From a virus, in the IMG/VR virus record IMGVR_UViG_3300035123_000008, positions 5,583 to 69,582 of that record: 64,000 bases of DNA; one strand, 5' to 3'. The notes beneath the pieces are model-generated. The model was given only the letters and a program-made list of their open reading frames with translations. It was not told the origin of the DNA and did not search any database. Below are positions 44,914 through 55,031 of the stretch, piece by piece (positions within the stretch are counted from its first letter, which is position 1; each line of letters begins with the position of its first letter). Position numbers and translations under genes: made by a program.

Positions 44914-47480
44914 GACGCATTGGGTTACGAGCAGTCTTTGAAGATAAAGACTTTCATAATCGAGTAAACAGATACATGCGGGCTGTTGAAAAAGCTACCT
45001 ATGCTCAGAATAGGATGGCAAAATCTTCGCAGTCGAACAGAAAGAATATGGCCTCCGTTGATGACATGGTTGGCAACCTGCGTGCGACCATGGAACAGAA
45101 CTTAAAGGTGATGGAGGAAACCGATCAAGCGCAACAGTCAAACGCTATATCTGCTGAAATGTGGTCAAAGGGACTTACTGCTGCCGGGGTTGCATTAGGG
45201 GCAGTCGGCGCGGCAAGTGGAGCACTTATCTTTTCATCAACGAAATTGGCTGCTCGTGTTGAAACCTTGGGAGTTGTAACCCAAAGACTTGGGGCAAACG
45301 TAGGTCTTGCAAGTGATGAGGTGCTTGAACTGGAAGGTGCTATCGTAGATCAAGGTATCACGCTTCGCAGCGCAAGAGAATCAATGGCGCTTATGGTGCA
45401 AGCAAATATCGATCTTGCCAAAGGTACTGAGCTTGCTCGACTTGCGCAGGACGCAGCGGTTATCGCTAACCGTGATTCATCTGATGCCTTCCGGCAACTG
45501 GTATGGACGATCTCGGCTGGTAATGTGCGTATGGCTCGCCAGTTAGGTTTACAAGTTAGCTTTGAAAAAGCCTACAAGAAGATGGCAGACACGCTTGAGG
45601 TCACTACGGACGAGCTATCTGAGCAACAGCGTGTCCAAGCGCGGACCAATGCCGTTATTGAGGCTGGTGCGCGTATCACTGGCACTTATGAAGCAGCGAT
45701 GACAACCGCGGGTAAGAAGGTGTTGTCTCTTAATCGGCATATTGAAGAGAGCCGAAGAATCTTGGGCGAAGCTTTCTTGCCAGTATTTGCAGACGTGGTA
45801 GATAAAGCAACTGAATTGCTTAAGAAGTGGGAAGAACTCGATGAGGGTCAACAAGCCGTTGTTTCTAATGCGCTAGGCGCTGCAACCGCCTTCGCTATCG
45901 TAGGAGGGGCTGTACTTGTACTCACTGGTCAATTGGTGGGTCTTGCTGCAAGCGCAACGATAGCAGGAGCAGCACTCACGACCGTCTTTGCTCCCCTCGC
46001 AGTTGTTGGTATTTTCGGGGCATTGATAACAGCCGTAGTTGCCTTAAATACTGCTCAGATAGAACACATTAAACTTCTGCGCGAAACCGAAAAACAATTT
46101 GCACTAACCGCGGATTCTTATGAAGACTACGCGAAGGAACTCGAAAATTTTGCCAAGGAAGAAGATACTCATGTCATTACTATGCAGAAATACAATGAGC
46201 TAATAGAGCGAGGAGGACAAGCTGCGTATTGGGCAAGAAATGCTGTAGTGAAACATTCTGAGGCTTGGTTCAACTTGCAACGGGATTTGGAAGGTGGGGC
46301 ACGCTTTACAGAGGACGCAGTTACGCAAACCTTTTATCTAACACAACATGCTATCAAGGCTGCGAAAGAGGAAAGAGAACTTGCCGACGCAGAAAGGGAT
46401 GCTGCTCGTGCAGCCGAGGAGCAGGAATTAGCTCAGAAACGATTAACTAAAGAAATCAATCTACATTATCAGGAGCTTCAAAATATCTTAGGGCTGGACC
46501 TGACAGGTCAATATGAAAGCATGGTCGAGGAGCTAGAGCGGGTCGATGAGCAAGAGCGCAACCTGAAGAAACAAATGGGGGATGTAAACGAGCGAATTGC
46601 TGAATACCGTAAAGAGATCCAGAAGATCAAAGACGAAGAAGGACCTTTAACCGAGGATCAGAAAGACCGTATTGCCAGCTATAACAAAAGGATCGCTGAA
46701 GCACAAGAGCAATTAGGGGGATTACGTGGAGAATTAAATGAAATCCCAGAAGCGTTAGAAGAGGTGCGACAGGCTTGGGATCGACAGACCAAGCAAATGA
46801 TCTTCGATCTAACAGCGCAGCGTCTAATGCTCGATGGACTTACCAGTGAGGAGTTGGCTGCTCTTGGTAAGCTGGCTGGTCCTCAAGGTTTTGGTCTTGT
46901 AGACGAGGCAAGCCAGAGGCTTATTGAAGGTATCGGGTTGGCTGCTGACAAGATGGACGAGCAAGGAGATCAATCAGATATATTGGTTGACTTCTTGGTT
47001 GACCTGCAAGAGACAATTGGCGATGTAGAAACAGCGGTTGAAGATTTAGGCGTGGCTCTTGATGATCTTCCTACCGAAACAGAGGTTGCCGTTACCTTGG
47101 CTGTCAAAGGTATGCCAGAGCTTAGAGGTAAATATATTCCTGAGTTCGATGAGCTAATGCCCCAACTAAGACAAGGTGGGGGAACGCTCTCAGGGTTTGA
47201 TATTTTGGGAGATCGAGGACCGGAAATGGTTATTGGGAATCAGATTGTACCTGCGACCCAAACCCGAAAATACTTGGATGCGATCAGTCACCTTGTGCGA
47301 ATTCCGCAGGAGTTAATGGCTTCAAGGCAAGCAACCTACACGCCTTCACCGAGTTATGTCACCAATAACAATGTTACGAATGAGGGTGGCAATTACAACT
47401 TGCACATTCACTCAAGCGCGCCGACGGAGAATATTGTTGCTGACTTCAGGATGATGAAAACTTTGGGGAGTAGGGTGTAA
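44910..47480 (+). CDS. Tape measure protein
   Basis: 856 aa Ala-rich helical protein with central hydrophobic stretch and coiled coils; GDRGPEMV near the C-terminus. Confidence 0.9.
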   Translation: MRRIGLRAVFEDKDFHNRVNRYMRAVEKATYAQNRMAKSSQSNRKNMASVDDMVGNLRATMEQNLKVMEETDQAQQSNAISAEMWSKGLTAAGVALGAVGAASGALIFSSTKLAARVETLGVVTQRLGANVGLASDEVLELEGAIVDQGITLRSARESMALMVQANIDLAKGTELARLAQDAAVIANRDSSDAFRQLVWTISAGNVRMARQLGLQVSFEKAYKKMADTLEVTTDELSEQQRVQARTNAVIEAGARITGTYEAAMTTAGKKVLSLNRHIEESRRILGEAFLPVFADVVDKATELLKKWEELDEGQQAVVSNALGAATAFAIVGGAVLVLTGQLVGLAASATIAGAALTTVFAPLAVVGIFGALITAVVALNTAQIEHIKLLRETEKQFALTADSYEDYAKELENFAKEEDTHVITMQKYNELIERGGQAAYWARNAVVKHSEAWFNLQRDLEGGARFTEDAVTQTFYLTQHAIKAAKEERELADAERDAARAAEEQELAQKRLTKEINLHYQELQNILGLDLTGQYESMVEELERVDEQERNLKKQMGDVNERIAEYRKEIQKIKDEEGPLTEDQKDRIASYNKRIAEAQEQLGGLRGELNEIPEALEEVRQAWDRQTKQMIFDLTAQRLMLDGLTSEELAALGKLAGPQGFGLVDEASQRLIEGIGLAADKMDEQGDQSDILVDFLVDLQETIGDVETAVEDLGVALDDLPTETEVAVTLAVKGMPELRGKYIPEFDELMPQLRQGGGTLSGFDILGDRGPEMVIGNQIVPATQTRKYLDAISHLVRIPQELMASRQATYTPSPSYVTNNNVTNEGGNYNLHIHSSAPTENIVADFRMMKTLGSRV

Positions 47481-50002
47481 TGGCACAGATCGAATTTGTT
47501 GTTCCCGAAGCTACAACCAATTATTTCACCAATCCAAGGTTTGGTCTTGGTGGCACAACGGGGTTAACTGCGGTCGGTTCTTCTTTAGCTGAGGACACAT
47601 CAAGAGCGCGCTGGGGCATGTATTCAGTTGAAGTTGACACAAACAACGCAGCAGCCAATGAGGGTTGCTATGCAACGGTCACTATCACTGGTGGATCGGC
47701 GAGCGCGGAGTTCTGGACAGGGAGTGTTTACCTGAGAGGATCGGGGATTGTAAGGTTGCGCTTGCGAGATCAAACCAACTCTGTCGAATCTATCTCCGAT
47801 GACATTATCCTGAATGACACAAAATGGCAACGGGTTTTTGTGAGTGGGTTTATCCCATCCGGTTGTGTTACGCTGCGACTTTATATTGAGACCATCACGC
47901 AGCAAAACGTGGACTTCTATGTTGATGGTATTCAGATGGAAGTAAAACCCTACATGACTTCCTATGTCGATGGAGACTTGGAAAAAGAGATAGCACCTCA
48001 CGATGGAAATGTCTACTATAAGTGGGAAGGTGCGCCCAATGGTAGCGAAAGCTCTCGTGCTGCTCATTGCAGGTTGGGAGGTAAAACGGTTCCCATTAAA
48101 AACGTAGACGCAGAACTGTTCATCACGGATATGTCAGGGATGGGCATGCCTCCAATTGAACTGCATCTATCTGAATTTTCAACGATGGATCGGGGGGCAA
48201 TAGACGGTTGGAAAACCATGCCTCGATCTGTTTCAACCCTCTTTTATGCACGTAGACAAAGCAAGACCGAAATTTGCTCACCAGCGCAATTACATGAACT
48301 TCATCGAGCAAGGAGAACGCTGGAGGATATTGTCAAACCAGACCTTGCTCCCCACGCCCAACCCTTTCTTATGCGCTATCAGGATGGCCGAGATTCAACC
48401 AAACTCGAATTGTTTGTACACTACGAGGGTGGGCTGGAATGGAGCGGAGATATTCGTGATCCGTACATGAACGAGTTCATGGTTCGCTTCATAGCAGTAG
48501 ACCCGTATTGGTATGAAGATACACAGGACGTTCATGTTCCAACAGGTTATCAGCTTCTAACCTCTGCTGGAAGAATCCTAGCGCGCATAGATGGCGAATG
48601 GCAAAAGGTTGGAACTTGCGACAATAATGTTTACAAGATAGCCTACCATCCAAACGGAGACATCTATGTTGGGGGAGCTTTTACGGGTATGAGTGGGGTT
48701 GCGAATACAGCTTATATCGCTAAATATGATGGAAGCTCTTGGAGCGCACTTGCAGGGGCAACCAACTTAAACGGAGAGGTAAGAGCTATTGAGTTCTTGA
48801 CAGATGGGAGGGTGTTGCTTGGTGGTGGGTTCACGACCTATGGGGCTACAACCTGCAATTACATCTGTATCTACGATCCGGTTGGAGATAGCTATTCTCT
48901 TGTCGGAGGTGGACCCGGATTTGATAACAAGGTCTACGACTTTGCCCGAAGGAAAGATGGAAAGATTATTACTTCAGGGCTGTTCGTAAAAGATGGTAAC
49001 AACACCAAGACTTTTAATTCGATTGCGCTTTATGACCCACCGATAAACAGGTTTGACTTCATGGGAACTGGACCGGGATTGAGTGGTGCTTGTATTGCAC
49101 TCTCGATGGATCAATCGGGGGAAAACTGTTATTGTGGTGGAACTTTTGATGATCATGGGGGAGGGGCGGGAAGCACCTTCGATCATGTTGCAAGGTACGA
49201 CGTAGAAGATGATACCTTCAATGCGATGGGAACGGGTTTGGATGCTGATGTTTGGGTTTATGACATGCTTTGCGCCCACGACAATAGGGTTTATGCCGTT
49301 GGAGAGTTTACTCATATTGGATATGTCGATGTAAATTACGTGGGTGTCTGGAACGGGCGGGAATGGTATCCGTTGGGAGCGGAGGGTGACGGTGTTGACC
49401 AACCCGGAGGTACGCCAAGGCTGCGCAGCTTGCATGAAGACTATAAGGGTCTGATTTACATGGGCGGTGATTTCAATGAGGCAACAGGCACGCCTTTGGC
49501 GAGGGCGATTTGCACTTGGAACAAAAGTCGATTTCAACACATGGATTTAGTCGTGCCGGATCAGGATAGAGTTTATACAATCAATAGTAACCATGATGAT
49601 CTTTGGATAGGCTTCAACGCATCAGGAACCGGGAAAGCTGCCGAGGTTTTTACAATAACCAATATTGGAAAAGCAACCACCTTTCCGATATTAGAAATTG
49701 AAGGACCTTGTTATATCCAGTGGTTTGAGAACCAGACGACAGGAGATGTTGTAAGGCTTGATCTTGATATATGGGATGCTGAGAGAGTGGTGATCGATTT
49801 CAGACCTTGGAACAAAACTGTGCGTAGCAATATGCGTCCAGACATTCGTGATGCAATTCTTCCAGACAGCAATGATATTTACTTGCTCCCCGGGGAAAAC
49901 AAATTGGCATTGTTCTGCGAAGATGTAGACCCTTACACGAATGGTACTGAGATTTCCCTGCGTTGGCCAATCGTACATTGGAGCTTTGATGATCTTCGGT
50001 AG
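47480..50002 (+). CDS. Evolved distal tail protein (Dit) with CBM-like N-terminus and beta-propeller insertion
   Basis: After TMP; ITDMSGMGMPP...FIAVDPYWY and NIGKATTFPILEIEGP...LLPGENKL flank YVGGAF/LLGGGF/YCGGTF/YMGGDF repeats. Confidence 0.7.
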   Translation: MAQIEFVVPEATTNYFTNPRFGLGGTTGLTAVGSSLAEDTSRARWGMYSVEVDTNNAAANEGCYATVTITGGSASAEFWTGSVYLRGSGIVRLRLRDQTNSVESISDDIILNDTKWQRVFVSGFIPSGCVTLRLYIETITQQNVDFYVDGIQMEVKPYMTSYVDGDLEKEIAPHDGNVYYKWEGAPNGSESSRAAHCRLGGKTVPIKNVDAELFITDMSGMGMPPIELHLSEFSTMDRGAIDGWKTMPRSVSTLFYARRQSKTEICSPAQLHELHRARRTLEDIVKPDLAPHAQPFLMRYQDGRDSTKLELFVHYEGGLEWSGDIRDPYMNEFMVRFIAVDPYWYEDTQDVHVPTGYQLLTSAGRILARIDGEWQKVGTCDNNVYKIAYHPNGDIYVGGAFTGMSGVANTAYIAKYDGSSWSALAGATNLNGEVRAIEFLTDGRVLLGGGFTTYGATTCNYICIYDPVGDSYSLVGGGPGFDNKVYDFARRKDGKIITSGLFVKDGNNTKTFNSIALYDPPINRFDFMGTGPGLSGACIALSMDQSGENCYCGGTFDDHGGGAGSTFDHVARYDVEDDTFNAMGTGLDADVWVYDMLCAHDNRVYAVGEFTHIGYVDVNYVGVWNGREWYPLGAEGDGVDQPGGTPRLRSLHEDYKGLIYMGGDFNEATGTPLARAICTWNKSRFQHMDLVVPDQDRVYTINSNHDDLWIGFNASGTGKAAEVFTITNIGKATTFPILEIEGPCYIQWFENQTTGDVVRLDLDIWDAERVVIDFRPWNKTVRSNMRPDIRDAILPDSNDIYLLPGENKLALFCEDVDPYTNGTEISLRWPIVHWSFDDLR

Positions 50003-51137
50003 GTCGAAGTCGATCCATCGGCTAACTCTATTTACTGATGATGGAATGAACCTTGGAGAGCTAAACCAAGTTGAGAGCTTTTCGTATTGGCGTGCGGCGA
50101 ATGACGTGGGTGGGTTCAAGATGGTGTTGAAAGGTGACTTCGATTCATCCTTGGTAGATGTAGACCACATTATTCAATTCTGGCGTAGGGCTCGCGGCGG
50201 TAGAGAAATCATGCTGCTCAACGGGTTCTGCAGAATGTGGGGTTGGTTCGAGGATCACAAAGGGAATGACAAGTTCTTTATTGAGGGCGTTGATCAGAAC
50301 GACCTTGTAGACAGGCGAATTGTTGCTTACGCAGCGGAGTCAGCCGAGGCAAAGAAAGCCGATCAAGCAGACGATATGTTGAAAGAAATCGTCGATGAGA
50401 ATATGGGTGCGTCTGCACCTAACGATGAAGCTGGCAGACCTAGGGGATATGATTCAGATCATTTCTCAGTTCAAGCTAACACAACCGAAGCTCCATCCGT
50501 GACACGTAGTTTCGCTTGGCGTTATGTTCTGCCAACGCTGCAAGAAATATGTCAATCGTCAAGAGACTTGGGAACACCATTGTACTTCGAAGTGGTTCCA
50601 TCATCTGCGCCCGCGGTATTCGAGTTTCAAACCTTTACAGATTACCTTGGTATGGATCGCACGATTGATAGCCCTTCACCTGTGGTATTCTCGAAGGAGA
50701 ACAAGAATCTTGCAATGCCAAGGTGGGAAGAGGATTGGTTCGAAGAGCGCAACTATGTCTACGGAGGAGGGCAGGGCGAGGAGGGTGACAGGGTTATTGA
50801 TCCCGAAGATGACGTTTGGAGAATGCACAAATCCATTTGGAATAGGCGTGAGTGCTTTCAGGATGCGAGAGAGGAATCAACCACTCTGGGCGTAGCAAAC
50901 AAAGCCTATGAGCGTATGCAGCGAGAGCGACCAGTCGTGCGCTTCGAGGGTGATCTATTAGACACAAAACACTCACGCTTTGGTGTAGACTGGTTCTATG
51001 GAGATCAGGTAACAGCAAGCTACAAAGGTAGGCAATTTGACGGTATGGTGGATGGGTTTTTAATCAGGGTCGATCCGAGCGGGCATGAGGAGTTTGCTTG
51101 CAGGTTGGAGGTCGAACGTGGTTTTGGCTGGGAGTAG
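49989..51137 (+). CDS. Tail hub / Tal-like protein (ReqiPepy6 Gp37-like)
   Basis: FSYWRAANDVGGF...NYVYGGGQGEE...FGVDWFYGDQVT. Confidence 0.75.
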   Translation: MIFGRSKSIHRLTLFTDDGMNLGELNQVESFSYWRAANDVGGFKMVLKGDFDSSLVDVDHIIQFWRRARGGREIMLLNGFCRMWGWFEDHKGNDKFFIEGVDQNDLVDRRIVAYAAESAEAKKADQADDMLKEIVDENMGASAPNDEAGRPRGYDSDHFSVQANTTEAPSVTRSFAWRYVLPTLQEICQSSRDLGTPLYFEVVPSSAPAVFEFQTFTDYLGMDRTIDSPSPVVFSKENKNLAMPRWEEDWFEERNYVYGGGQGEEGDRVIDPEDDVWRMHKSIWNRRECFQDAREESTTLGVANKAYERMQRERPVVRFEGDLLDTKHSRFGVDWFYGDQVTASYKGRQFDGMVDGFLIRVDPSGHEEFACRLEVERGFGWE

Positions 51138-51807
51138 GCAAAGCGATTCCGAAAAACTGATCAAGGAATTGCAAGACACAATCGCCAAGCTCAGGAATGT
51201 AGACAAGCGCGTTGAGCGACTTGAGTCTTTGGAAAATGCGCATGAACGACACCTCACGATGGAGGGTTGTGTCACTTTTGAAGACTACGACGAAGGGGCA
51301 GACACGGTATTTAGGGTGGACAGGACAAGTTCATGTTTGCCTAATTATTGCTACAGCCACATGACGATCTGGTGGGCAATCAAGTGTTCAACAGATGTAG
51401 ATCTGTGGCTTCAGCTTAATGGACATACCGCTGGAAATTATGACTACGCATGGTCTTACACCAAAGGCGGAGCAACCACGGATGCAGGTGTCGCTAATGC
51501 AACCGCTCTTCATATAGGGAAAGCGTACAGCGGGACGCCGAATGAATCCGCTTTCGGCCGTATAGAGTTTCCGCACTTTAGACGCACTACGAGAAAATGG
51601 GCATATGGTGAATGGACAGCCTATGATTCTGACGCTGAATCAGGGTCCGAAGTGCAAAGAGGGAACTGGGGAGGATATTACACTGTCGCTGGAGTAATGT
51701 TGAATCGCGCGGACATCTTCGCTACGGGTTCAGCGAATATGACAGGCTATGTATATCTGTACGGGTGGTGTCCAAACATAACTGCCGGTGGAGGACCAGA
51801 GGATTAG
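51124..51807 (+). CDS. Tail tip-associated hypothetical protein
   Basis: N-terminal coiled coil (KRVERLESLE); start approximate. Confidence 0.6.
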   Translation: MAGSRQSDSEKLIKELQDTIAKLRNVDKRVERLESLENAHERHLTMEGCVTFEDYDEGADTVFRVDRTSSCLPNYCYSHMTIWWAIKCSTDVDLWLQLNGHTAGNYDYAWSYTKGGATTDAGVANATALHIGKAYSGTPNESAFGRIEFPHFRRTTRKWAYGEWTAYDSDAESGSEVQRGNWGGYYTVAGVMLNRADIFATGSANMTGYVYLYGWCPNITAGGGPED

Positions 51808-51815
51808 GAGGAACA

Positions 51816-52487
51816 ATGTCAGAGCTTGAATTTCCACAGAAGGTACGCGGGGGAGCAGGATACTTTCCAGAAGCCGGAAAGGTTATCATCGAAGGTTATT
51901 ATGGAGCAACCATTGAGCTTACGGAGGGCGGGTTATCTAATGGTGGCAATGGTGATCCTCCGGTTGTGCCGCTTGGAACGCGCATTAAATTTGACCCACT
52001 ATGGGAGCTTGGTGGAAATGTCGATACCAACCCAAACATTGGCAGCGGTCAAAAGAAGGGCGAGGTCGTTGCAATTCCTCTGGAGGATGGACGAATCGGT
52101 TGCAGGATGCACATTGATCTTGTTTCAGCAAGACAACCTACACCCACCAATCCGGGGAGTGCTTCGGGTAGCTATGAGTTTTATCTACCGGATTCGTTTG
52201 CTGCGCTGCTTCCAAACGTGCCTGTCCTTGATGGGGATGGCAACATTACCGAGCATGACTTCGTGCGCGGTTCTGGTTCCGTTACCTTTTGGATCGCTGG
52301 TTCGGGTGTGAAGCATTTCGTTGGTGGGTGCAAGTGGACATTCCGAGAATGGCGAAGCGGAGGTCCAGCAAACCCAAGACCAAAGGTTATTCTCATTGTC
52401 GATGGCGATGAGTGGAAACCTACGCACCCGAAAACGCTTTACGGGGCAGACTGGAATATGGCATTGACCATAGATTGGGCAAAGTAA
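51816..52487 (+). CDS. Hypothetical beta-rich protein (tail tip region)
   Basis: AGGAGG SD before ATG 51816. Confidence 0.65.
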   Translation: MSELEFPQKVRGGAGYFPEAGKVIIEGYYGATIELTEGGLSNGGNGDPPVVPLGTRIKFDPLWELGGNVDTNPNIGSGQKKGEVVAIPLEDGRIGCRMHIDLVSARQPTPTNPGSASGSYEFYLPDSFAALLPNVPVLDGDGNITEHDFVRGSGSVTFWIAGSGVKHFVGGCKWTFREWRSGGPANPRPKVILIVDGDEWKPTHPKTLYGADWNMALTIDWAK

Positions 52488-53407
52488 TGATCGAACCCAT
52501 TGTTCACGCAAAGGCTGGTCGGACACCAAGAGCATTCATACCAAGAGTGCTTGAGGACATCAGGATCCGAATTGCATCGCCCTATACACCCACGCCATCG
52601 ACATTAGACCCGCGCATTTTCTTCCTCGATCTCTCGCAGTATGAGGATGTTGCCATAGCTGCGATCAAGGCATTTCTTGACCCAAAGGTGCAAGCGTTGA
52701 TCATTCGCATTGGTGGCTCTGCCTCCGTGCGAGATACCAAGTTTGAACTGTTCTGGAGACTTGCCAAAGAGTTCAAAATACCAAGGTCAATGTATACCTA
52801 TACATGGCCGGGCTGGACGGTAAGTCAGCATATCTCTAATCTAATGTGGTCGATCGAAAATATGGCACAGGGCGACTTGGGCGAAGGACCAATTTGGGTT
52901 GATGTGGAGTGCCACGCAGATAAATCGCGTAACTTTGTTTCAAGCCATGCCGAGGCATATCGCCAAGCAATCATAAGAGAAACAGCGAAGATCGTTGGTG
53001 TCTATACAGGTGGCTGGTTCATCGATGGTTTTATGGAGATTCAAGATTGGTTTCAAGAGGTATTGTTCTGGCTCGCAGAATGGCTTTACAACCAACCAAA
53101 AGAGCATCCGGGTCCTGTCAGTCATCCAGCGATTCCTTACGGGAATATTATGGCACAGCAGACCGGTTCAAATGGAAACGGGGCATTGTTTGGGGGAAGT
53201 GGTAGGGTTGATACAGACCGTTGGCAATCCACGGTTGAGAAATTCAAATTGCTTTTTAACATTACGCCTGATCCACCCGATCCACCAGACCCACCCGACC
53301 CAGACAACCTTGCCATACAGGTTGCAAAAAACACCGAGGCGATAGAGTTGCTAACTGAACGGGTGAATATCATAGACGACTATCTCAGGTCTTACGGCGA
53401 ACTCTAG
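52487..53407 (+). CDS. GH25 muramidase-like endolysin
   Basis: FLDLSQY...IWVDVE (DxE)...GVYTG...FWLAEW...QQT...VDTD. Confidence 0.8.
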   Translation: MIEPIVHAKAGRTPRAFIPRVLEDIRIRIASPYTPTPSTLDPRIFFLDLSQYEDVAIAAIKAFLDPKVQALIIRIGGSASVRDTKFELFWRLAKEFKIPRSMYTYTWPGWTVSQHISNLMWSIENMAQGDLGEGPIWVDVECHADKSRNFVSSHAEAYRQAIIRETAKIVGVYTGGWFIDGFMEIQDWFQEVLFWLAEWLYNQPKEHPGPVSHPAIPYGNIMAQQTGSNGNGALFGGSGRVDTDRWQSTVEKFKLLFNITPDPPDPPDPPDPDNLAIQVAKNTEAIELLTERVNIIDDYLRSYGEL

Positions 53408-53416
53408 GAGGATTTT

Positions 53417-53689
53417 ATGCAACCAGAAATCAGTGAGGTAGCAACCTACATTGAGCTAATCAGCAACGGTGGGATTTTGGTTTTGCTGCTTATTATTGTT
53501 GGGGCTTTTATGACAGGCAAAGTTTTCCCGAAAACCTATGTAGATGAACTGAAGAAACACTCGGAAGATCAGGTTGAACTTTTCGCAGATAAAATTTGTG
53601 ATAGACTGGAAAACGGTTTTGGTGAAGCAACCGAAAAGGCAATTATTGCGGCTGTCAAGGAAATAAGATCCATGGAAGAAAAAGTATAA
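53417..53689 (+). CDS. Holin-like single-TM protein
   Basis: One hydrophobic helix, charged C-terminus, directly after the lysin gene. Confidence 0.55.
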   Translation: MQPEISEVATYIELISNGGILVLLLIIVGAFMTGKVFPKTYVDELKKHSEDQVELFADKICDRLENGFGEATEKAIIAAVKEIRSMEEKV

Positions 53690-53701
53690 CAAGGAGGCGT
53701 C

Positions 53702-54139
53702 ATGTTTCACATTATCAAGATGCGTATTCGTTACGTGGTGTTACTTTTGCCACTCGTCATTTTACTTCCGTTTATGCTGATTGCTGCCAATGGTAGTTTA
53801 AATGAAGGGGAGAAGATCATCATTGGACTTGTCATTATCGCAGTTGCTCAGATCGTTCGCTGGCTCTTGCAGCTTTGGAAAAAGGAAAAGCTCAATAAGC
53901 GTTGGGCATATGTCATCGCTATTGCGGTTTCGTTTGTGCTTGCGCTTGTATTTCGATTTCCAGCCCTGCCACCTTTCCCGGGATGGGATCAGTTTTTCAC
54001 ATGGTTGGGTGATGTGGTCAAGACCATAGATGGCGTGATCTTTTGGGCAATTGCGATCTACAATATTTTCCTGCCAGAGTTGCTTGATAAACTTGGGGAT
54101 ATAATCGAGCAGCGATTCCAATTACGGGTCAAAGGTTAG
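53702..54139 (+). CDS. Holin-like multi-TM membrane protein
   Basis: Three to four hydrophobic segments; last gene of the late arm. Confidence 0.55.
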   Translation: MFHIIKMRIRYVVLLLPLVILLPFMLIAANGSLNEGEKIIIGLVIIAVAQIVRWLLQLWKKEKLNKRWAYVIAIAVSFVLALVFRFPALPPFPGWDQFFTWLGDVVKTIDGVIFWAIAIYNIFLPELLDKLGDIIEQRFQLRVKG

Positions 54140-54173
54140 CCTCCCCTCCGGCTTGTGGTAAACCTTTAACCAG

Positions 54174-54199
54174 AAAGCACCCTCGGGCGAGGGTGCTTT
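54174..54199. terminator. Bidirectional terminator between the convergent arms
   Basis: AAAGCACCCTC-GGGC-GAGGGTGCTTT perfect 11-bp inverted repeat. Confidence 0.8.
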
Positions 54200-54216
54200 C
54201 ATTTGGAGGAGAGCAA

Positions 54217-54798
54217 TTACCCACTTCCACAAGTCATTGGATAGCAGGGGGTTCGTGTGGGCGTGGGAAGTGGGGTTGCGGTATCTGTTGGAGCCGGCGT
54301 TGGTGACTCTGTCGGAGTGTGTGAAGGGTCGGGAGTGTTAGTCCATGTCGGCGTCGGAGTATCCGTAGCTGTCGGGGTGATAGTGGGCGTTTCTGTTGGA
54401 TCTTCCTCAGTTGGCGTCGGAGTATCGGTCGGGGGATTCGGATCATAACAAACCTCCAAATGAGAGATGCCTTGGCAATCCGGTCCGCTGCCAAGGCGCT
54501 CAACCTTTACAAAGTTAAACCCAACTCCACCTTCGACAATGTTGTAACAGGTTCCATCAGGAGCATAGCAAGCGTCACCTGCTTTAATGTAAATGGCTGA
54601 GATGATCTGACCTTCCTCCAAGAATAGCTCATCATAGTCGTCACTTATTGAAGATTCGGTCTTGTCTTTGAAATCGCAATCTGCGCATTGGTAAGCCCAA
54701 GGCGAAAGCTCATAGTTGCTTTGTAGCATAGAGCCAGTCGCAACGATCAATGCAATAAAAACTAAAATAGCTGTGTAAAGATTTGCATTCTTTTTCAT
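54217..54798 (-). CDS. Exported Cys-containing protein with Pro/Thr-rich tail
   Basis: N-terminal hydrophobic signal; PTDTPTPT...TPTPTRTP; GGAGGAG SD. Confidence 0.75.
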   Translation of the reverse strand: MKKNANLYTAILVFIALIVATGSMLQSNYELSPWAYQCADCDFKDKTESSISDDYDELFLEEGQIISAIYIKAGDACYAPDGTCYNIVEGGVGFNFVKVERLGSGPDCQGISHLEVCYDPNPPTDTPTPTEEDPTETPTITPTATDTPTPTWTNTPDPSHTPTESPTPAPTDTATPLPTPTRTPCYPMTCGSG

Positions 54799-54830
54799 AA
54801 CTCCTCCTCCACTCATTATTTCATTTTTAT

Positions 54831-55031
54831 CTAAGAACAACAACTTTCTTTTTCATTAAATTTTTCCAACGCTTGTTCATAGCTAAGACAGACCGCGCAG
54901 GCACACTTTCCCGCGCTCTGATGTAGCTTGTAATAAAGAACAGCAAGTCGAGCTAACTCGGAATTCAGTTTCCCATAATCAACTGTCAGCCTTACCAAAG
55001 TATGGTTTGCCTTTACGGATTGCTTCATCAA
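54831..55031 (-). CDS. Small hypothetical protein (CACAVC)
   Basis: Packed ORF. Confidence 0.5.
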   Translation of the reverse strand: MMKQSVKANHTLVRLTVDYGKLNSELARLAVLYYKLHQSAGKCACAVCLSYEQALEKFNEKESCCS

